Part shown: positions 28,411-37,400 of the stretch, piece by piece
Layout: every line of letters begins with the position of its first letter
Numbering within the stretch: position 1 is the first letter of the stretch
Origin: Candidatus Omnitrophota bacterium
GTDB taxonomy: Bacteria; Omnitrophota; Omnitrophia; Omnitrophales; JACROU01
Length of the DNA: 64,000 nt
NCBI GenBank assembly: GCA_029261035.1
Contig: JAJDCD010000012.1
Span: 6,958-70,957 of the forward strand
Direction of reading: 5' to 3'
Translations under genes and position numbers: made by a program
The notes under the pieces: generated by a model
The model's input: only the letters and a program-made list of their open reading frames with translations
Told to the model about the DNA's origin: nothing
The model's database searches: none

Positions 28411-28482
28411 TTCGGTACGAAACTTGGTACACCCAACAAAAGTGATTGAGTTTGAATCAAACCTTTATTTTGAGATCAAACG

Positions 28483-31400
28483 TTAGGCAGCTGCTTGAAT
28501 GGCTTTCCAAGCATTGATGTCAGCAAGTAATGTATCCCAAAGAGCGGCTCCACCTGCTAATTCAATACCGGTATATATCTTGGTATCAAATTGCTTACGA
28601 CTGAAGTCCAGAAGTTTCTTAGCAAGCAAGGTAGCTGTTAAGTTGTGTTGTGTTGTATCGCCAGAAGAGACTTTAGCTAATAACAGTCCTCTTTGAGCCG
28701 TTACATCTCCAACAACCTCTTCAACACCCACAAGACCTGTCGGAACTTTCTGCAATTTAATTGTTTCATTTAGACTACGATCGAGATTCTCTGGAGCAGA
28801 AACAATCACTAAGTTATCTGGATAGAGACCATATTCAGCAATAGCCAGATCTCGAACCTCCGTTTTTAAGGCTGCTATTCGTTCAGCATTACCAGAAAAC
28901 CACAAGGTCAACTTTAATGCTTTATCCATACCTGCAAGCAAGACAAGTTCTTGTAAATCAGTAGCCACTGTCTTGTCTGTCACTTCTCTATGCACAAACA
29001 AGGCTCGTGATGTACTTGTATTTGCATCTGGAAGTACATTAAAGATTCGCCCCAATTCCTGAGTTGCCGTTGGTGTTAAGCGAATAACATCCGCACTCAA
29101 GATCGTATTATCTGCGATTTGAGCCAACTCAGCTGGAAGAGCAATATCGAAAGAAGTTAATACTTGTTCTTGAAGTTCTCTTCCGTACTCTTCTAAGACC
29201 AATGGTAGAGTTAAATCTCTTGGTCCTGTAAAAATTGTTTTAAACTCAGGAGTAACAAAGCTTGCAACCTGAGCTCCTAAACTTTTTGCTGCTGTTTGAG
29301 CTTCAACAATTACTCTTGTTTTATCGAGTACCTTAGAAGCATTCTCGATTATAGCTTCAGTTGCTATTGGTGTAACCACTTCAAGAGGTGAACTATTTTG
29401 TCTTATAGATTCCCCCACAAGAAAACCAACACGTTCACCTATGGATTCAACAATACTTGGCATATCTAATCCAAGTATCGTCGTAAATACACCAGAAACA
29501 CCACCCCCATTAATAACGTAGTCTACAGCCCACAGAATACCTGTGTCGAATAATTGCGCAGATAATTGACGTGCTTTATTAGCAACAAATTGTTCATTTG
29601 CAGCACCTGCAACAATTTTAATTCCAGCTTCACTCAATCTTGCAATAGTATCCTGATCCAAAATATATTTAATTGCTGTTGGACTAAATACAGATGCCGG
29701 AACATCATAAATCTGATCTGATTTTGCAAGCAAAGCAACACTTCCATTCTCAAGACTACCAAAATTAAATGTTGAAACATCTGGAATTGTAGGAACGTTG
29801 GAATAAGTTTCTTTGACAATAGCATGTTGACTATCAAGTTCACTCATAACGACAATAGCTCCCTCTTCTATCAAAGCTTTAACTAAAGGAGTTCCAACAC
29901 CACCCTGTCCGCCTTGAACAGCTATTATTTTACCTTCAAGAGTTACATCTTCACCAAATACTTTTTGAATAGAAGCCTTAATCCCATTAAAAACACCTCT
30001 TGCTGTCCAAGGAGATGCATTATCACCCCCAAGAGCAAGATCTTTGTGCCCTACAACGTGACTTGGGGAAGTTTCCCCTATCGTCAACAATAAGGGTAAT
30101 GGTGTATTCATGTCTTGTCCCACAAATGTCACTGGTATATTCTCTAAAACTCTACCAAGACTGAGATATGCATCTCTTAATTTTCCTCTTTCAACCTGAG
30201 AAAGGTTCTCAATTTTTTTATTTGGATCAAGACCATCTACCTGAATCATTGTCTTTGACCCGCCTAAAGGTAATAAATCGAGACCAATCATGGCATTCTT
30301 ACTTGTCATAGCTCGAGATAAAGTCAAAGCTGAAATCATTTGAGCTTCTCTAGAATCCCATTTTAATCGGCGAACACCTCCAATAGCACCAGACATCAAC
30401 CATTGTTCTGTTCCATATTTCTTATAAGGAAGTAAATGATGTAAACCAATAATAGCTGTATAACCAACACTCTCATTTCTAGCAATAACAAGTCCCACAT
30501 GACCTTCCCAAACATCACTTACATGAGAAGGTAAACTAGAAGGATCTGTTATTCTGGTTACCTTTGTTCCATCATTTAATGTCAGACCTTCTTCAGGAAT
30601 CAAATTCTCAACCCATTGACGTCCTAGTATTTGCATTTCCTTGAATGCTCCATCCCCCAAAGAATTTGCTATAGCAGATTCTAATTTAGATTGTTCATCA
30701 ATAATAAACGAAGGAACATTTTTAAGCTTTCCTAGAAAATCTCTTCTACCAGAAACTTCTTGTTCCCAATAACCAGAATCAACTGTAGTTGTAATGCTTA
30801 AAAGATCTGATGGATCAATATCCACCCCATCAAAATGAACACTCCCCTTTTTAGGGACAAGACCAACAGAAGTTTCAGTATAGTTATCAGCTCCACTAGC
30901 TCTCTCTAACGCCCAAAGAATAACTCGAAAGTTTTCCATAAACCCAGGCCAAATATAACTACCATCTTCGTTTTGTCTAAACCAATTAACATGAAAGAAA
31001 GCTGGAGCTTGCTCTCCAAGAGAACCAATCACTCTTAATTTATTTTCCATATCTGCTGCTTCTGTTTGAGAAAAGAAAGGACGATTTGCAAAAGGATCTC
31101 TTTTCATAACACCTTCTTCTCCAGCTGCTGCTGCTGTACCCATAACACCCATAACAGCACCATCATAGATACCTGATTCTATCGTAGGAAGCTGACGTAC
31201 TAAAAGTTCTCCTTCAGGAATACGACCACCCCAGAAGATTGCGCTAATACGAACACCCTTAGGATCTCTCCAGTGTTCTGACATGATTTCATCTTGAACA
31301 CGTTCTGCAGATGCTGCATAGCGTGCATTTGGATGAGCCCATTCTCTTGGCTCTAGCTTTTTGGACACTTTATTCTTTTGAAGTCGTTCTCCAGAAGACC

Positions 31401-34400
31401 AGTCAGCAATCTTTTCTCCGGTCCAATCTTCCCAACCTTCTAGATCTGGAGTTCCAACTTTAAGGGTTTCAGACCCTTCTATATATGTTTCTTCTCCAAA
31501 TGCCCATGCTTTGTAATGAGCTTTACTTTTAAATCCTGGAGGGAATTTGGTTTTATCTGTCCACCATACTTCATTTGTAATTGTGTTAATTGCAACATTG
31601 GTAAATATTGTCCCCGTGTTTGGACCAATGGCTACCATTGCTTTTGGTGTTTGCTCCGCATTCGTACCTTTTGCAACACCAAAATAACCATTCTCAGCAT
31701 TGGTTGCATAAAGCCCTTCACCTTCACGAGCACGTGCGAAAATAATGTCATCACTGACAACACGAACTTCGTACTTACCTTTAAGAGCATCTGGAACTTC
31801 GATCATAGCAAAATTCGTTTTCCCAGAAGCACTTGGCGCTGCATATGCTACATAATCAAGTTTTCCTGTTTCAAGATTCTTGATTTCAACCACAGCCATA
31901 TGCTCTGCTAACCAACCTTCTTTAATTGCACTCCAAGTTGCATAACGAAGTGCATGAAACTTTTTGTTTAATAGAGCATTCCCACCATAATTAGAGCCGT
32001 AAGACATAATCAACATTTCATCAGGAAAAATACCGTAATTCCTTAAATCGACACCATCTTCAGCTTCTTCAATAAACTCTTTTCTAGCATCGCCTTCAAG
32101 ACCCAACTCATTCGCTTCTTGTGTTGCTTTCTCATTCGCTTCTGCAATAAGAGAGTATATTTTATCTATATCACCAGGTTCATGAACACCACGAACAAAT
32201 TTTTCTTCATCACCTAGTTCTGCCAGAGCTACATTACCTACCTTAGCAAGTCTGAACATATTTAAAGCCACATATCGACTTGATGTTACCTGAACACCCA
32301 CCTGAGAAAGGTCAGAGCCAGCAGTTCCCATTAGATATGGAAGAACATACATTGTTTTGCCAGCCATAGAACCTTTTAACAGACCTTCCATAACTTCTTT
32401 CTTTTCTGCTGTTGGACTCCAGTTGTTATAGTGCCCTGCATCCTCTGGGTTTTCTGTTGCGACAAACGTCTTTTTAACAGAACGCGCCGTATCTTTTTTA
32501 TGAGAACGTGTGTAATAGTTACCATCTGCGAGTTTTGTTAATTCTCCTGCGGCAACAGCTTGCTCAAGTAAAGCAGCGTCATCTGATTCGTCTACAATCT
32601 GAATATCCGCAGCCCCTGTAAACTCAACCATTTCACGAATCCAGCTTTGCAACGCAACATTAGATAAAGTTGAAATCTTATCTTCAATTGCTGCACCTAA
32701 ACTAGAAGCTTCTGTTGTTGTTTGAGTCCAATCGTATACGCTCAAAGGAAAAGTATCATAAACAAAGTCATGAGCCTCCAAAGCTTTCTGAGCTAAAGTC
32801 AATCGACTTATATTTTGAATTGTTGCTTTTTCTGATACTTTCGCTTTGGCATTACTAAGTTTTTTAGTAACATTTTCACGAGAATCAAAAATTGCATCCA
32901 ACAAAGCATCTCTCTCAGAAGCATTCGATTCAATTACAGCTAGCAGCACACGCGAACCATAAGTAATCCATTCATCGTGAGTCAATTTTCTTTTTAATAT
33001 TTCCATAATGACAGGAGATTTGCTTTTATCAAAAGCCCCACCTGGATTATCATTAAAGTATTCAGTTACCGTCAAATCTCTTTCTTGTAACATTTCAAGA
33101 ATAAGTTCTTTAGTAACTTTTTCGCCATTTTTAACTTCTCTACCATCATGAAGAATTTGTCCACCTTCATCCAACTCGATACCATGAATTTCTAACAACT
33201 TAACCCAATGCCAGAAAATTTCATAAGTAGCAAAGTCGTTCATTAAACGTTTACCTGTAAATACGTGTTTACCCGCATCATTGGTAAGACGTTCTTTTTC
33301 CGTTTTATAATCATCAACAGCGGCTGCATTATTTCCATTCAACTGTTGGAACCCATACTCTGAAGCCATAAAAATTGCATAACGAATTCCATCTAGTGTT
33401 ACTTTACCAGTTGGAGTTGTGAATATTTTCGCATAAGCTTCTTCAGAGAATAACTCATCTAAATCTTTTTGAGTAACGATATAAGGAGTAATTCCTCCTG
33501 CATCAGAAACAAGTCCTAAGTTAATGAATTTTTGTCTTTCTTCTACAGATAAACCATCTACTAAAGCTTGCAAGTCTTCTCTAGTTGCTTGTAACGGTTT
33601 AGCGCCTGCCTCTACATATTTCGTGGATACAGTAGCAACCCAACTTTGACGATAGGCATCAAACTCAACTCCATCTATAACAAGAAGACCTGTTAATCGT
33701 TCACGGAGTTTATCTAAAAACATTGCTTGAACAGCACCGTCATTAGTAGCTTTCTTAGCCGCAGCAATCTCTTCCGTGTCTGTTGCTTTAATTGGAGTTT
33801 CCATTACAGCAGACATTCCACCGATCGGCATACCATTCTCCAGAGCACCCGTTTCACGATTTCCTGTTACTAGTACTGTAATTAAAGCATTCCTACGCGT
33901 GTATTCCGTCATAGAGGCTTCTGTCATACCAACGCTATTAGGATCAGGAAATACTTTTGAAGGGTCATCTTTAACCATCTCAAAACGCCCATTAATATAA
34001 TCCCAACGACCTACATTAGGTCCAATTAAGTTTTCTCTTAAAATCCAAAGAATTACTTCTTGCTGAGCAGCATAAGTCCCTCTTTCATTCAACATTTCTA
34101 TTTTTATAGAACCCCTTTCAAGACCTAGAGTTTCTTCAAATCGCTTAAGAATCTTAGAAATAATCAAAGCTTCTTCAGGAGATTCAATTTTAGGGACATA
34201 AAAGTAAACATTACTCTCATTTTCTTTTTGAGCATCATAGTTATTCAATAAATGGATTGTAAATGCTGCAATCGTCGCAGGAATATTTCTACCATCTAAA
34301 GTAATTTGTCTGTTTTTTAGATGAAGCCCAGGAACACGATGAAAAATGGTTGGCCATTGATCACGATCCACTTTGATACTATATTCTTTAGGTTCACCTT

Positions 34401-37400
34401 CTTTATTTTTCTTTGTAGGATGTTTGAACGCACGTCCTATCCAGGTACCCGATATCACTTCCTTAATATAAGTCCATGCTTGATAGAGTTTTTGTTGATA
34501 GTCATTACCCGCGTCCTCCCAGTCAAACATCCAAGACACAGCGCCTTTTAACCCTGCGTTAATAGCTCCCATCAACATACCCATATCATCGGCTGGCCCC
34601 GTTCCTTGCAGACCGGCTTTTAGAACTTCTGCTGGGACTGGCACTGTTGAGTTCATAACCCAACGATACTGAGAGTCTTTATTTATTAAACCTTCACGAA
34701 TTTGTTCAACCGTTAAAGTGTTTCCATCCGCGTCGGTCAATTCTTTTGAAGGGTCCGCAAAACCATAACCTTCACCCGAATCTCGTCGAGCTTTTCTAGC
34801 GTGTAGTTGCTTTCCAATTTCTAAACCAAATTCACGCGTCAACGATTCAATCGTTCCTTCTACATTTACCGTTCTGCCATTTACTTCTTTATCACCGAAA
34901 AGACCTGAAAAATCTTCAGCCAAATCTTCGCGAACTACAAGCCCTTCTGTTGTGGTATTTACATCAACATCAGATTTAGCAGAAAGATTAAATTGATTAG
35001 ATGTATCAACATCATTACCTTTTTCTCTTGAAGAGGCTGTTCCATTTGCTATTCTGTTAATAGATGCTAATTGAGCACCTCTCACTTCAGCACCTGCAGA
35101 ATTTTGATGTCTATTGGTGAAAGGAGATCCTATTTTCTGACCCACCTGCTGAACCATAGACACAAATGCATAAGCACCCACTTTAACTAATTCTCTCATT
35201 ACTCGATAAACGTTTAAATGAGCAACATGATCTTGAAAAATGGTTACGAATTGGAATGCAAAACCTTGCTTACCCATATCCGTACTAAAAGTTCTTAAAG
35301 CATCAACCATCGCCTGAACATCTTCAGGGTTGTCACCCCATGTATCCGGTTGACCCCAATCAAAATCTTTTGATTGCATTGCTTTTTTAATATTAGCTCT
35401 TTGCTCTAAGCTCAAAGCAGCATGCCAGTTATCAGGGTTATTCCAGTTAAAAGATGGAGATAAATTCACTGCCTTAAGTGGTTTAAAACCTAACTCTGGA
35501 TCATTGTCTACAATATCAGCAAACGCTTTTGCATTTTTTAAATCGGGTTCTTTTTGTTCCATCCACAAAATATCTGCTGCACGAGCTGCCATTCTCAAAC
35601 GGATCCCTGCATTTGTAACACCCAACGAGTTATCAATTTGAAAAAAACCTTCACTTGTTTGAGCTAACGTGTGATCCCAATAAATTTCAATATTAAAACT
35701 ATTTATTGCTAACTCTCTTAAATCCTGAAAATCCAAAGTAATCTCTAAAGGATTAGTAGCTTCGTTCCATGCCTCGACTTCACCGCTACGGCCAGCTTCC
35801 ACCAAAGCTCTTTCAACAGCTTGAGGATAAGTCATAACATCTGCTTCTTGAGCCCAAACATTAGTCAACCTAGAAGATGCCGCAACCTCCTCTTCCCAGC
35901 CGGAGACTTCCGCATCTAAGACTTCTTGAATTGTCCACTCTTTACCAGAAGCATCAACAACAACGTTATTTAAACGCACTCTAAAGTTCGGATCTTCTAG
36001 CTCAATAGCAAGTCTATTCGACCAAAGTTCATCCACATAAACAGGGTTTCCACCATACTTTGGAGTCAAACTTTCATTATGCTCTAAAAGCCTCTCTTTT
36101 TCTTCTCCTCTAATATTCCAAACCTCTCTAATAGAAGCCGCAATTTTGGGAAAATTAGCTTCGATTTCCGAAAGCCTAACTTCAGGGTCAACACCTCTGT
36201 TATATTCTTTTTTATGAGATAAACGAATCACATCTTTTAAAGAAGGTATTCCTTCAACTGTAGCACCTTTAATAAAGTAATGATCTTCAGCTGAATTATC
36301 ATCTTCAAGTAACTTTGCTCCTTCAGCATCACTGCGTGCAATAATTACCAAAGTTGAGCTTCGACGAATGGCTTCATAACGAATATCCCATAGACGCTTC
36401 ATAAACTCACCTAAAGAAGTCAACACTTTACCAGCCATATGACCACATTTTTTTTGTCCATGTGCTTGGTCTTCAATATGAATCGATGCTGATTTTGCAG
36501 CAATAAACAAAGAAGCTAATTGAGTCGGAGATTTATGAGCAGTATCTCCATCAGCGTAAATAGGAATTAATGCATTTAATAAAACATCATTCAAATTTTC
36601 AAGAACTCCAGCCACTGCTTTCTCTCTATTTGCCTTTAAGTTGTCACTAGAAAAGCCTACATAATTTTCTCGATTACTAATTAATTCAGAAATAAAGCCA
36701 TCCCCTAATTCTGTAGCAAAGTTTTCAAAATCTTCTCTAACTTCTATTGTAAATATATACTGTCTTGCTCTAACAGAATCGACAAACGAGCGAATCAATG
36801 CTGGCTTCATTTGCTCTAAAGATGCTTTGTTAGGAGCCCTTCTTAATATTTGGAATAAATTGGGAAAGAACTTTTTAGTTAGATCTCTAGACAAAGTTCT
36901 GAATTGATATTGTAAGTTTTTGTCCAAGTTAACTAAACCCGTGTAAATTTCTTTAACTTCATTTGGAACACTATCCAATTGGTACTGAGCTAAATCTGGC
37001 TCCCCCATATGATGCGATGTTTGCCAACCACTTAAATACAAAGCTTCTGCCCCTGCCTCAACAGCTGCTTTAGCTGTTACAGAATCCATCACACCACCGG
37101 TCGCTGCAAAAGTACCTTGCTCCGCATGCTTCATAACAAGATAATACAAAGAATCTGCTAATGCATTAGCTGTTTCTGGCACATCTAAAACGCTCCCTGC
37201 CAATCTGTGAAACTCTTCAGCAGTCCATTTCTTATCCTCTCTCATAAATTTAGCAATTCGACTAAATCGATCTTGAGCTAAGAATTTTTTAAAATGTGCT
37301 ACTGTGGGTTCAATTCTTTTAGCCTCTGGCAAAGCACCCAAACTATTGGCAGATACATTAACCACTTCATTAAAAACTGGAAATTCCGCCAACAGATCCT

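Noticed and set aside
28260-28440. Spacer repeats considered as a tRNA, an SRP (4.5S) RNA or a CRISPR-like array.
   Set aside because: There is no cloverleaf or GGTTCGAAT-type T-loop. The 28385-28410 hairpin is a simple perfect stem without the asymmetric loops of SRP helix 8. The direct repeats are only two degenerate copies without regular spacers.
37333-37353. Whether the first SLGA junction motif is simply the SLGAL string that, as I recall, sits ~35 aa upstream of SGWQ in E. coli-type isocitrate lyases.
   Set aside because: Here the residues at that aligned position read TFAATGG (aa ~695-701). The SANSLGA string lies ~100 aa upstream of SGWQ, outside the alignable ICL core, so it is a separate occurrence.
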